Shown here in pieces: positions 48,138 through 57,019 of a stretch of DNA of 64,000 nt. The stretch comes from an uncultured candidatus Porisulfidus sp. (GTDB lineage Bacteria; Pseudomonadota; Gammaproteobacteria; Poriferisulfidales; Poriferisulfidaceae). Location of the stretch: the NCBI GenBank assembly GCA_965204575.1, contig OZ241993.1:1472001-1536000 (forward strand). Direction: 5' to 3'. Each line of letters opens with the position of its first letter. Position 1 is the stretch's first letter. Under the pieces are notes generated by a model that did not search any database, was not told the origin of the DNA, and saw only the letters and a list, made by a program, of their open reading frames with translations. The translations under genes were made by a program, and so were the position numbers.

Positions 48138-49121
48138 ATGACAAACCCACCCAAGCGAATTGCCATCACCGGCGCGGCCGGCAACATTGCATATCAGGCC
48201 ATGTTTCGTATCGCGGCCGGAGAGTTCCTCGGTGACCAGCAGCCGGTCGCCCTGAACCTGATCGACATCCCTCCGGCCATGCCGTCACTCGGCGGAACCG
48301 CGATGGAACTGGAAGACTGCGCCTTTCCTCTGCTGCGCGATGTTCTTCTGAGCGACGACCTGGAGAAAGGCTTCGGGGATGCGGACTACGTGTTCATGTT
48401 CGGGGCGCGGCCACGCGGGAAAGGCATGGAGCGCAGCGACCTGATCCAGGAAAACGGAAAAATCTTCGGCCCCCAGGGCAAGGCCATCAATGATGTTTCG
48501 AGCCGCGGCGTCCGGGTTCTGGTCATCGGCAACCCGGCCAACACCAACGCACTGATCGCCCTGCATCACGCCCCGGACCTCGATCCTCGCCAATTCTCCG
48601 CGATGACCCGCCTGGATCATGAACGGTCCCGCTCGCAGTTGGCAGTACAGACGGACCAACCGGTCGCCAACATCGCCCGAATGACAGTCTGGGGAAACCA
48701 CTCTCCGAAAATGTATCCCGATATCGGCTATTGCACGGCTTCCGGCACCCCGGTCCGGGAACTGATAGACGCGAATTGGTATCGGGAAGAATTCATCCCG
48801 GGAATCCAGCAGCGCGGCGCCAAGGTGATCGAAGCGCGCGGCGCCTCTTCCGCCGCATCGGCCGCCAATGCGGCGATCCTGCACATGCGCGACTGGGTCC
48901 AAGGGACACCCAAGAACGACTGGACCAGCATGAGCGTGCTCTCGGACGGCTCATACGGGGTCGCGGAAGGCATCGTCTTCTCCTTTCCTTGCCAATGTTC
49001 GGAGTCCGACCATTCCATCGTGCCTGAGTTGGAACTGGATGCTTTCGGGCGCGAACAGATCAAAATCAACGAAACCGAACTGCTCAGCGAGCGCGACGCG
49101 ATTGCCGACCTGCTCAAGTAG
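48138..49121 (+). CDS. mdh: Malate dehydrogenase
   Basis: [44 protein letters not shown] and WGNHS. Confidence 0.95.
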   Translation: MTNPPKRIAITGAAGNIAYQAMFRIAAGEFLGDQQPVALNLIDIPPAMPSLGGTAMELEDCAFPLLRDVLLSDDLEKGFGDADYVFMFGARPRGKGMERSDLIQENGKIFGPQGKAINDVSSRGVRVLVIGNPANTNALIALHHAPDLDPRQFSAMTRLDHERSRSQLAVQTDQPVANIARMTVWGNHSPKMYPDIGYCTASGTPVRELIDANWYREEFIPGIQQRGAKVIEARGASSAASAANAAILHMRDWVQGTPKNDWTSMSVLSDGSYGVAEGIVFSFPCQCSESDHSIVPELELDAFGREQIKINETELLSERDAIADLLK

Positions 49122-49197
49122 GAAATCAGACCGCATTCATCGATTGATTTTGCAGGAAGAAGACTCACGATTTGTAGTACAAGCTGGGGTAGCTTTC

Positions 49198-49458
49198 ATG
49201 ACTTGGCGAATCGTTCACTTGGACTCCGACACAGAGCAGGCGCTATCTGACCTGCAGGCAAAGACAGGCGAGTCCGTACCGGAAATTCTAAAGCGCGGGA
49301 TTCAAGCATGCCAAACCGAAGTGCAGCAGAAAGCTTCCAAGACGGCTTACGAAATCTATAAGGAACTGGATTTGGCCCCAGGGGAATATGCTGTTGCCCC
49401 GGCTAGTCAGAGTAAAGAAGCTGTGAGAGAAATCATCCGGGAAAAACTCGGCTGCTAA
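49198..49458 (+). CDS. Small ribbon-helix-helix (CopG-like) protein, antitoxin-like
   Basis: N-terminal V.LD.DTE.AL..L...TG.SV.EILKRG RHH-like pattern; no toxin gene follows. Confidence 0.55.
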   Translation: MTWRIVHLDSDTEQALSDLQAKTGESVPEILKRGIQACQTEVQQKASKTAYEIYKELDLAPGEYAVAPASQSKEAVREIIREKLGC

Positions 49459-51221
49459 TCAGAGCTTGAAAGCCCCGGCTCCGGAACCTCCACCCGCACG
49501 GTCACGATATCCGTGTCATGGTATTGCTGGTGGTAAACCGAGGAAGCCAAGTGTCGAAGCAGCCGCAAGGAAACTTCGCGCTCGACCGACTCTGAAATGG
49601 ATTGCTTGCCGAGCAAGGCGATCCGGTCCTGAAGGTTCTCCTCGCCTGTCGCGGCAACAAATTCAAGGACAACCTCGTCTTCTTCCCGACGTGCCGTCAA
49701 GAGCAGGCGGCGCCCGCCCTCGCCTGCCCCGCTGTCTTCCTGTTCGCGGAGCGTCAGCAAGGTCTCCTCGGTGACGGCATACAGGCGATTCATCATCGCC
49801 GGCTCCCAGTCATGTCTGGATGCGAACTTTTGGAGGAACTCCTCGATCTTCGGCAGGACCGAAACGTCAAGGCCCACCTCGATCTGGTGGCGCCGGGGTT
49901 TCGTCAATTCCGTGAACAGGGTCATGAAGATCGCCACGAGGCCACCGGCCGTGATCCCATTGCTCAGAAGGCCTCCCGCGAATTCAGAAACATATTCGGG
50001 ATAAATCCATCCGTTCTGGAGCCCGACCCCGATCCAGAATGAAATCCCGACGATCAGCCCCGTTCGATAGTCGATGCCATCCTGAATCGCCACTTTCATG
50101 CCGACCACGAAAAGCAACGACAGCAAAACACCGATGTATGCTCCGGCAACCGGGCCGGGTATCGCCAAGATAACGGCAAGCGCCTTGGGGAAAAACGCCA
50201 GAGCCAGGAAAACCGCGCCAAGGGCAACCCCGACCCTGCGGGCTCCCACCCCAGTCAACTCGGCAACGGAAACACTGGTCGAATAGGTCGTGTTCGGCAC
50301 GGTGCCCAAGAGCCCGGACAACAGATTGCCTACTCCGTCCGCTGCCACCGTACCCTGCACCGCGCGGAAATCCACTGCCCGAGGGCGGCGCCAGGCAACA
50401 CGCTGAATGGCGACGGAGTCGCCTACGGTCTCTACGGCTCCGACCAGAGTCACGAACACGAATGCCGGCACAAGCGTCCAGAAGACGGGTCCGAAGCTGA
50501 AATCGTAACCCGGCCATCCGACTTCAGGGAAACCCAGCCATGAAGCCTCGGCAACGCGACTGACTTCATAGAGCCCGAAGAACCCGGCCACCACCGAACC
50601 AATAGCCACCCCAATGACTGGAGCCCAAAGGCGCAGGATGCCGGTTGCCTTCAGGGCAATGCCGCCGATGGCCAACAAGGTCGCGCCGGCACTCAGCGCG
50701 GCAGCCGACGCGGGGGTTCCCTCGGGTACGGATGTCAGCAAGCCGAAGATGATCGGCATGATGGTGACCGGCACCAGCATGATGACCGTACCTGCCACAG
50801 CTGGCGTCAGGACCCTTCGGAACAGCGAAAGCCGTGCGGAAAGCGCGAACTGGAAGAACGACGAGAGGATCACCAGGGTGGCCAGCATCGCCGGTCCCCC
50901 TTCCGCGATGGCGGTGATGCAGATCGCGATGAAAGCTCCGGACGGGCCCATGGCGAGCGTGTAGCCGGCACCGATCCGGCCAACCCGGGCTGCCTGCAGA
51001 ATCGTGGTGACGCCGCTGACGGCAACGGCGGCGAACACGATCCAAGACAGGAAGGCTTCGGTTCCCCCGGCCGCCCGGGCGACGATCGCCGGAGTCAGGA
51101 CGATGCCGGAAATACAGAGGATGGCGAGCTGCAGGCCCAAGCCGAAGGCGAGTACCGTCGGCGGGTTTTCATCAGGCTGGTAGCGGACGCTCGTGCGTCG
51201 GGCGGAACTCTCAGCGTCTAT
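49455..51221 (-). CDS. NCS2 (xanthine/uracil) permease with C-terminal degenerate RsbW/GHKL-like domain
   Basis: RYQPDENPP, GVTTILQ..R.GRIG, ETVGD, ADG and PNTTYS...LTGV motifs plus ~145-aa soluble tail; frame open to ATA at 51221 with AGGAGG RBS. Confidence 0.8.
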   Translation of the reverse strand: MDAESSARRTSVRYQPDENPPTVLAFGLGLQLAILCISGIVLTPAIVARAAGGTEAFLSWIVFAAVAVSGVTTILQAARVGRIGAGYTLAMGPSGAFIAICITAIAEGGPAMLATLVILSSFFQFALSARLSLFRRVLTPAVAGTVIMLVPVTIMPIIFGLLTSVPEGTPASAAALSAGATLLAIGGIALKATGILRLWAPVIGVAIGSVVAGFFGLYEVSRVAEASWLGFPEVGWPGYDFSFGPVFWTLVPAFVFVTLVGAVETVGDSVAIQRVAWRRPRAVDFRAVQGTVAADGVGNLLSGLLGTVPNTTYSTSVSVAELTGVGARRVGVALGAVFLALAFFPKALAVILAIPGPVAGAYIGVLLSLLFVVGMKVAIQDGIDYRTGLIVGISFWIGVGLQNGWIYPEYVSEFAGGLLSNGITAGGLVAIFMTLFTELTKPRRHQIEVGLDVSVLPKIEEFLQKFASRHDWEPAMMNRLYAVTEETLLTLREQEDSGAGEGGRRLLLTARREEDEVVLEFVAATGEENLQDRIALLGKQSISESVEREVSLRLLRHLASSVYHQQYHDTDIVTVRVEVPEPGLSSSD

Positions 51222-51255
51222 GATCCTTCCTCCTATCCCTGACTCACAAAACTAC

Positions 51256-51280
51256 CGGGAGGCAATGCTATTGCCTCCCG
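51256..51280 (-). terminator. Hairpin/putative terminator between the hydrolase and the permease
   Basis: Perfect 11-bp stem CGGGAGGCAAT/ATTGCCTCCCG followed on the minus strand by GTAGTTTTG. Confidence 0.6.
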
Positions 51281-51335
51281 ATATATTCTCCGCAGTCAAA
51301 ACGTGGATTCTTACTCTCGCGCGAGAGCAGAAATC

Positions 51336-52214
51336 CTAGCTTTTCAAGGTAACGCTGTCTACGTTGGCCCACTCGGTCACGAAGTCATCGATCAGATCAG
51401 CGACCGCATCCGGCCGGTCTTCCAGCACGTAGTGCCCAGCCCGCTCGATGATTTCGAACCGCGTCGGCCCCGAAATGGCATCCTTCAGCCGGCGTCCGGA
51501 CTCAACCGGCATCCAGGCATCATGCAGCGCCCAGCACACCATGGTCGGGCAAGTAATCTTGCTGTGGTCCACGCTCATGGTTTCTTCGTTGGTCGGCTCC
51601 GAACAGACATGGATCAACGACTTGAAGCCGGTGAATCCCGGTCCCCGGGCCCAGAACGAAAGATAGTTTTCCTTCACGTTCTTGTCGGTGAACGCGATCT
51701 TGTCGTGACTGCCCATGAGCAGGAGCCCGTGAAAGCCCGCTGCCGCCTGGGCCATGGCCGGCCCCAAGGCCTCGTCCGGGGCACCGACCAAGCCGTTGAA
51801 GGCTTCGACTTCCAGCACCGGCCAGTAGTCCCAGGCCACCGGATTGATCAGGACCAACCGGCTAATGAGGTCAACGTACTTCGACGCAAAAATCTGGCAG
51901 GCTCCACCACCGTGATCGTGGCCGACCAGGATGACATTTCCCGCCAGCCCTAGTCCTTCGATTACTGCCTTGATGGCCTCGGCCTGATTCGTCAGGGAAT
52001 GGGTGAATTGATCGAGGGGCATGCTCGACTGTCCATAGCCGACCATATCCATCGCATAGGTCTGATAACGGTCGGACAGGCTTGCCTGCGCATGGCGCCA
52101 CAGTCGGCTGTTTGTGGGGATCCCGTGCACCATTAGCAGTGCCGGGCCACTATCGCCTTTCTGCTCAATATGAATCTCGAGATCTAAGCCTCCGACATTG
52201 ATCGGTTGTTTCAT
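51336..52214 (-). CDS. Alpha/beta hydrolase with Asp nucleophile (epoxide hydrolase/dehalogenase-like)
   Basis: HGIP, DMVGYGQS, GHDHGG nucleophile elbow and AGH; AAGGAGG RBS. Confidence 0.85.
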   Translation of the reverse strand: MKQPINVGGLDLEIHIEQKGDSGPALLMVHGIPTNSRLWRHAQASLSDRYQTYAMDMVGYGQSSMPLDQFTHSLTNQAEAIKAVIEGLGLAGNVILVGHDHGGGACQIFASKYVDLISRLVLINPVAWDYWPVLEVEAFNGLVGAPDEALGPAMAQAAAGFHGLLLMGSHDKIAFTDKNVKENYLSFWARGPGFTGFKSLIHVCSEPTNEETMSVDHSKITCPTMVCWALHDAWMPVESGRRLKDAISGPTRFEIIERAGHYVLEDRPDAVADLIDDFVTEWANVDSVTLKS

Positions 52215-52309
52215 GGATTTCCTCCTTATAGTTATTCGTGGGCGTTCCCCTGCCCTTGAATCGTTATCATACACCTATTGCCCCCTGCATCGATGACGGT
52301 TTTATTTCG

Positions 52310-53014
52310 ATGAGATTCCTGCTGCTTGCCCTTATTTTGTTCGGGCTGTTCCTTTTCCTGCGGTGGCAATACCGACAATCCCCCCGCAGGCTTTACCAGT
52401 GGCTTGCCGGTTTGGCGGGAATTGGCCTGATCGCCATGGTTCTAACCGGACGCGCCCACTGGATCGTCGCCGTGGTCGGCGGAATCCTGCCGTTTCTCGG
52501 CAAGGCCGCGATTTTGCTGCGCTGGCTGCCGTTCCTGTCCTGGGCGCGCCGCGCCTACGGTTCTTCCGCGATCCACCTGCAGACGGCATGGCTGGACTTG
52601 ACCATCGACCGGAGGACCGGTGCCATGGACGGCACCATCCGGCAAGGCGAATTCACAGGTCAAAAGCTATCTCAACTCAACCTTTCGCAACTGGAGAAGC
52701 TGCTGCAGGCTTGCGCGAGCGACCTGCAGTCCGCGGCACTCCTGCGCGCCTACCTCCAACGAACCCAGACGGGCTGGCAGGCCGGGGAAACTGCCGGTGG
52801 CGGCGGCACGGACGATTTCGAGGAGGCCGCCATGTCAGCGGAAACAGCCGCCCAGATCTTGGGTGTGCCCCTTGAGGCCCCGGAATCCGAAGTCCGTTCG
52901 GCACATCGCGCCCTTGCGCAGAAGCTTCATCCGGATCGAGGTGGAAACGACTATTTAACTCGTAAAATCAATCAGGCAAGAGATATTCTTATTAAGAGAC
53001 ACCAGACACGCTGA
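52310..53014 (+). CDS. Membrane-anchored protein with C-terminal J-domain
   Basis: N-terminal TM helices and C-terminal ILGV...HPDRGG...INQARD. Confidence 0.85.
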   Translation: MRFLLLALILFGLFLFLRWQYRQSPRRLYQWLAGLAGIGLIAMVLTGRAHWIVAVVGGILPFLGKAAILLRWLPFLSWARRAYGSSAIHLQTAWLDLTIDRRTGAMDGTIRQGEFTGQKLSQLNLSQLEKLLQACASDLQSAALLRAYLQRTQTGWQAGETAGGGGTDDFEEAAMSAETAAQILGVPLEAPESEVRSAHRALAQKLHPDRGGNDYLTRKINQARDILIKRHQTR

Positions 53015-53597
53015 CGGTAGAGGACTTGCGAATCCTCGCCAGCATGAGAGCGGCAAAGATCGACGCGTAGATGATTGGCTCCAGGTAATCCGCCTTGACC
53101 AGCCAGAAATAGTGCAGGAGCCCAGCGGTCGTCGCCACGTAGACCAGACGGTGAAGACGGTTCCAGGCATTTCCGAGAGCCCGCTGGGCGCGCCGGGTCG
53201 AGGTCAGCGCCAACGGCACCAGCAGGAGAAAGGCCGTCACGCCCGCGGTGATGAACAAGCGGTCCTGGATGTCCAGCCAGATTTCCTGCCAATCGAAGAA
53301 TTTGTCGAACCAAAGATAGGTTCCCAAGTGGATCGAGGCGTAGAAGAAAGCAAACAGTCCCAGCATCCGCCGGTAGCGCAGCAGCGCAGGTGCCCTCGTG
53401 ACACGGATCAAGGGCGTAATCAGCAAGGTCAGCAACAGGAACCGCAAGGTCCACGTCCCCGTGGACCGGGTCAGGGTTTCCAGCGGATTGACCCCCAAAG
53501 TGTTGGTCCAGGCACCATGGGTCAGGTCGATCGCCGGCACCAGGCACAGCAGAAAGAGCGCAGGCTTGACCCACCCTGCGGCTGTGGGCGTACGCAT
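52992..53597 (-). CDS. msrQ: Heme-binding membrane subunit MsrQ
   Basis: RRMLGLFAFFYASIH, PLALTS and WNRLHRLVY. Confidence 0.92.
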   Translation of the reverse strand: MRTPTAAGWVKPALFLLCLVPAIDLTHGAWTNTLGVNPLETLTRSTGTWTLRFLLLTLLITPLIRVTRAPALLRYRRMLGLFAFFYASIHLGTYLWFDKFFDWQEIWLDIQDRLFITAGVTAFLLLVPLALTSTRRAQRALGNAWNRLHRLVYVATTAGLLHYFWLVKADYLEPIIYASIFAALMLARIRKSSTVSVSGVS

Positions 53598-53598
53598 G

Positions 53599-54549
53599 TC
53601 AGAAGTACTTGTGCAGATCCATCCCGCTGTAGAGGTGCGCGACTTCCTCGGCATAGCCGTTGAACATCAGTGTCTTCCGTTTCCGGAACTCCCCGATCCG
53701 CCGTTCGCGCCGCTGGCTCCAGCGCGGGTGATTGACCTCGGGGTTCACATTGGAGTAGAAGCCGTACTCGTTTGGTGCGGCCCGATTCCAGGCCGTCGGG
53801 GGCTGCCCTTCGACGAACCGGATCCGCACGATGGACTTGATGCTCTTGAAGCCGTATTTCCAAGGCACGATGATTCGGATGGGGGCACCGTTCTGGTTGG
53901 GCAGCACCTGTCCGTACATGCCGACGGTCAGCAGCGTCAGCGGATGTATCGCCTCGTCGATCCGCAAGCCTTCGACGTATGGCCAATCCAGCACGTCGCG
54001 GCGTTGCCCCGGGAGGTTCTCCGGATCCAGGATCGTCTGGAAGGCCACGTAGCGAGCCTGCGACGTCGGCCGCAACTTCTTCAGCGCGGTCGCCAGCGGC
54101 ACACCGACCCACGGAATCACCATCGACCAGGCCTCCACGCAGCGAAGCCGGTAGATCCGCTCCTCCAACTGATCCATCGGCACCAGGTCTTCGACCGCAT
54201 AAGTTCCCGGGTTCTCGCAGTACCCCTCCACTTCGACCGTCCAAGGCTCGGTCTTCAGGGCTGCCGCATTGCGCGAGGGATCTTCCTTCTTGTAGCCCAG
54301 TTCGTAGAAATTGTTGTAGTGGGTCGCCGCATGCATCGGCGTCAGTTCCTCGTCGGTCGAATAGGAGCTGGACCGGGGCGTGCCGAGGGTCAGCCCGGCC
54401 TGAGCCCGTCCGCCAATCAACAGACCGCCCGCCAAGCCTGCTGCCCCAGCTGCACACTGCTGCATGAAGACGCGGCGCTGCCGGTAAATCTCCGAATCCG
54501 TCACCGCGGATTCCTTTTCGGCCGAGTGCTTGGGGATTCGAATCAGCAT
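53599..54549 (-). CDS. msrP: Protein-methionine-sulfoxide reductase catalytic subunit
   Basis: Tat [38 protein letters not shown] and HPRWSQ. Confidence 0.95.
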   Translation of the reverse strand: MLIRIPKHSAEKESAVTDSEIYRQRRVFMQQCAAGAAGLAGGLLIGGRAQAGLTLGTPRSSSYSTDEELTPMHAATHYNNFYELGYKKEDPSRNAAALKTEPWTVEVEGYCENPGTYAVEDLVPMDQLEERIYRLRCVEAWSMVIPWVGVPLATALKKLRPTSQARYVAFQTILDPENLPGQRRDVLDWPYVEGLRIDEAIHPLTLLTVGMYGQVLPNQNGAPIRIIVPWKYGFKSIKSIVRIRFVEGQPPTAWNRAAPNEYGFYSNVNPEVNHPRWSQRRERRIGEFRKRKTLMFNGYAEEVAHLYSGMDLHKYF

Positions 54550-54559
54550 GCCGCTCCTC

Positions 54560-55324
54560 TCATCTGCGTATGTGACTGCAAATCGGACACTCCGGATCCG
54601 CAATCAGTTCCACTACGCGCCATTGTGCCTCCCTTGCGTCATAAAGCAACAGCCGGTTGTACAAGGGTTTTCCGATGGACAGCAGGCACTTGACCGCCTC
54701 GACCGCCTGCACGCTGGCCACCGCCCCGGCAACCGGACCCAGCACGCCGGTTTCCGAACAGCCCTCCTCCGGCACGGGCTCATCGCCAAACAGGCACTGG
54801 TAGCAAGCATCCCCTTCCTCTTGATTGCGAAACACCGCAACTTGACCCTCCATCCGGATCACCGCCCCGGAGACCAAGGGCGTCGCAGATTCGACGCAGG
54901 CCTGATTAATCGCCAAGCGGGTCTCGAAATTATCCGTGGCATCCACAACCAAGTCTGCCGCTTGAACTTGCTCTTGCAGCAAGCCGCCCTTCAGGTATTC
55001 GGCGACGGTATCAATGCGAATCTCAGGGTTCAGTTCCTCCACGACCCGCCGGGCTTCCTCGGTCTTGGCATGGCCCACGCTGGATGTCCCGTACAGAATC
55101 TGGCGCTGGAGGTTCTCCAGTTCAACGCGGTCCGGGTCGGCCAGGGTCAGCCGCCCCACGCCGCAAGTCGCCAGATACATGGCGAGCGGGGAACCCAGCC
55201 CCCCCAGGCCGACCAACAGGACACGGGACTCGAGCAGGCGCTGCTGCCCCTCGATGCCGATCTCCGGCAAGACGATTTGCCGGTTGTAGCGTAAGAGTTG
55301 CGGGTCGCCCAGTTCCGCGCCCAT
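54560..55324 (-). CDS. moeB: Molybdopterin-synthase adenylyltransferase (MoeB/ThiF family)
   Basis: RYNRQI, GLGGLG, NLQRQ, DATDNF, CYQC and CPIC. Confidence 0.85.
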   Translation of the reverse strand: MGAELGDPQLLRYNRQIVLPEIGIEGQQRLLESRVLLVGLGGLGSPLAMYLATCGVGRLTLADPDRVELENLQRQILYGTSSVGHAKTEEARRVVEELNPEIRIDTVAEYLKGGLLQEQVQAADLVVDATDNFETRLAINQACVESATPLVSGAVIRMEGQVAVFRNQEEGDACYQCLFGDEPVPEEGCSETGVLGPVAGAVASVQAVEAVKCLLSIGKPLYNRLLLYDAREAQWRVVELIADPECPICSHIRR

Positions 55325-55330
55325 GATGGC

Positions 55331-55654
55331 TCAGGATGCCTGTTTGGCCTTTTCCCTGGCTTCGAACGCCGCCATCTGCTCTGGAGTGGCCTCTTTCTGA
55401 TACCGGGACTTCCATTCGGCATATGGCATGCCGTAGACGATTTCCCGGGCCGCGTCATAATCCAGGGCCACGCCTTGCTCTTCTGCCGCGGCCACATACC
55501 ATTTGGAGAGACAGTTCCGGCAGAAGTCCGCCAGGTTCATCAAGTCGATATTCTGGATGTCGGGCTTGCTTCTCAGGTGCTCAACGAGGCGCCGATAGAC
55601 GGCCGCCTCGATCGCCTCGCGCTGGTTCTCGGAAATGTCGGAAGTCGGGCTCAT
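55331..55654 (-). CDS. DUF1244 family protein
   Basis: QNIDLMNLADFCRNCLSKWY and YGMPYAEWK. Confidence 0.88.
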   Translation of the reverse strand: MSPTSDISENQREAIEAAVYRRLVEHLRSKPDIQNIDLMNLADFCRNCLSKWYVAAAEEQGVALDYDAAREIVYGMPYAEWKSRYQKEATPEQMAAFEAREKAKQAS

Positions 55655-55753
55655 GGTGCTGGCAGGTTTGCTCTCGACGGGATTCCAGTATAACCCGCGC
55701 ACCCGCGCCTCCCCCGTACAATGAACCCGTCCGGCAAACGTTTCGATGATGCC

Positions 55754-56338
55754 ATGTCCGCACCCTCAGTCCAGCCTCCTCCGCTGACCGGCATGATCCT
55801 TGCCGGTGGCAAGGCGCGCCGCATGGGCGGACAGGACAAGGGGCTGATCCCCTACCAGGGGCGCCCATTGATCGCCCATGTCCTCGAGCGCCTCGAACCG
55901 CAAGTCCAGGCCATTCTGATCAACGCCAACCGCAGCCACGACCAGTACGCGCAGTTCGGTCACCCCGTGATCGCGGATGCAGAGGATGGATTCCTGGGGC
56001 CGCTTGCCGGCATTCTCGCCGGATTGCGTGCGGCTCAGACGGAACTGCTGCTGTGCGTCCCCTGCGACAGCCCGGAGATCGGCCCGGACCTGGCAGCCAA
56101 GCTCGCCTCTCCTTTCGCGCAGGCAGGGGCCCGGGTCGCCGTCGCAAGTTGTGCCGGGCGCCTGCAGCCGGTCTTCGCGGTGCTGCATACGGATCTTTCG
56201 GAGGCCCTGGACGACTTTCTCCGCCACGGCGGGCGTAAAATTGACGAATTCTATGGCGCGCAAGGCTTCGAGGAAATCTCTTTCGAAAACCCCGATGAAT
56301 TCCGAAACATCAACACCCACGAGGAATTGAGGCTCTGA
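55754..56338 (+). CDS. mobA: Molybdenum cofactor guanylyltransferase
   Basis: ILAGGKARRMGGQDKG, GPLAG, PCD and NINT; alternative start at 55721. Confidence 0.93.
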   Translation: MSAPSVQPPPLTGMILAGGKARRMGGQDKGLIPYQGRPLIAHVLERLEPQVQAILINANRSHDQYAQFGHPVIADAEDGFLGPLAGILAGLRAAQTELLLCVPCDSPEIGPDLAAKLASPFAQAGARVAVASCAGRLQPVFAVLHTDLSEALDDFLRHGGRKIDEFYGAQGFEEISFENPDEFRNINTHEELRL

Positions 56339-56853
56339 TGGACGCCCAATCCCTTACCCTTCTGGGCTTCGCGGCCTTCAGCGGAACCGGGAAAACCGAG
56401 TTGCTGACCCGGTTGGTGCCGATTCTGGTGGAGCAGGGATTGCGGATCGGCATGGTCAAGCATGCCCACCATGCGTTCGACGTGGACCAACCGGGAAAGG
56501 ACAGTTACCGGCTGCGCAAGGCCGGTGCCAGGGAAATGCTGATTTCTTCGGGCCGCCGCTGGGCCTTGATGCATGAACTGGGCGAGGATGAAGAGGAAAT
56601 GACCCTCGCCCAACTTCTGCCGAAACTGGATGCCGCATCACTTGATTTGATCCTGGTGGAAGGCTTCAAGCGTGAAGCTTTCCCAAAAATCGAGCTGTGC
56701 CGGCCGGACCTGGGACATCCCTACCTGTATCCAGATGATTCCAACATCATCGCCTTGGCGACCGATGCACCCCCTCCGCCCGGACTGACGCTACCGCATC
56801 TCGACCTGAACGACCCCCCTGCCATCGCTGCTTTTATCCAGACGCTGCTGTAG
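56338..56853 (+). CDS. mobB: Molybdopterin-guanine dinucleotide biosynthesis protein B
   Basis: SGTGKT, KHAHHAFDVDQPGKDS and LVEGFK. Confidence 0.93.
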   Translation: MDAQSLTLLGFAAFSGTGKTELLTRLVPILVEQGLRIGMVKHAHHAFDVDQPGKDSYRLRKAGAREMLISSGRRWALMHELGEDEEEMTLAQLLPKLDAASLDLILVEGFKREAFPKIELCRPDLGHPYLYPDDSNIIALATDAPPPPGLTLPHLDLNDPPAIAAFIQTLL

Positions 56854-57019
56854 CAGAACGGCCGGCTCCAGCATCCCGTTTCGTCCGGTTGAATCCTCTC
56901 GCGCAGCCGGCATGCAACAAAACAGCCACTTCTTGCGTGTAAAATAACTTTTCCAAAAATCTCGTCCAGAAGTTCGCGTAGACCGAAAATGCGCGAAGGG
57001 TGTTGGATTTGGAATATTT

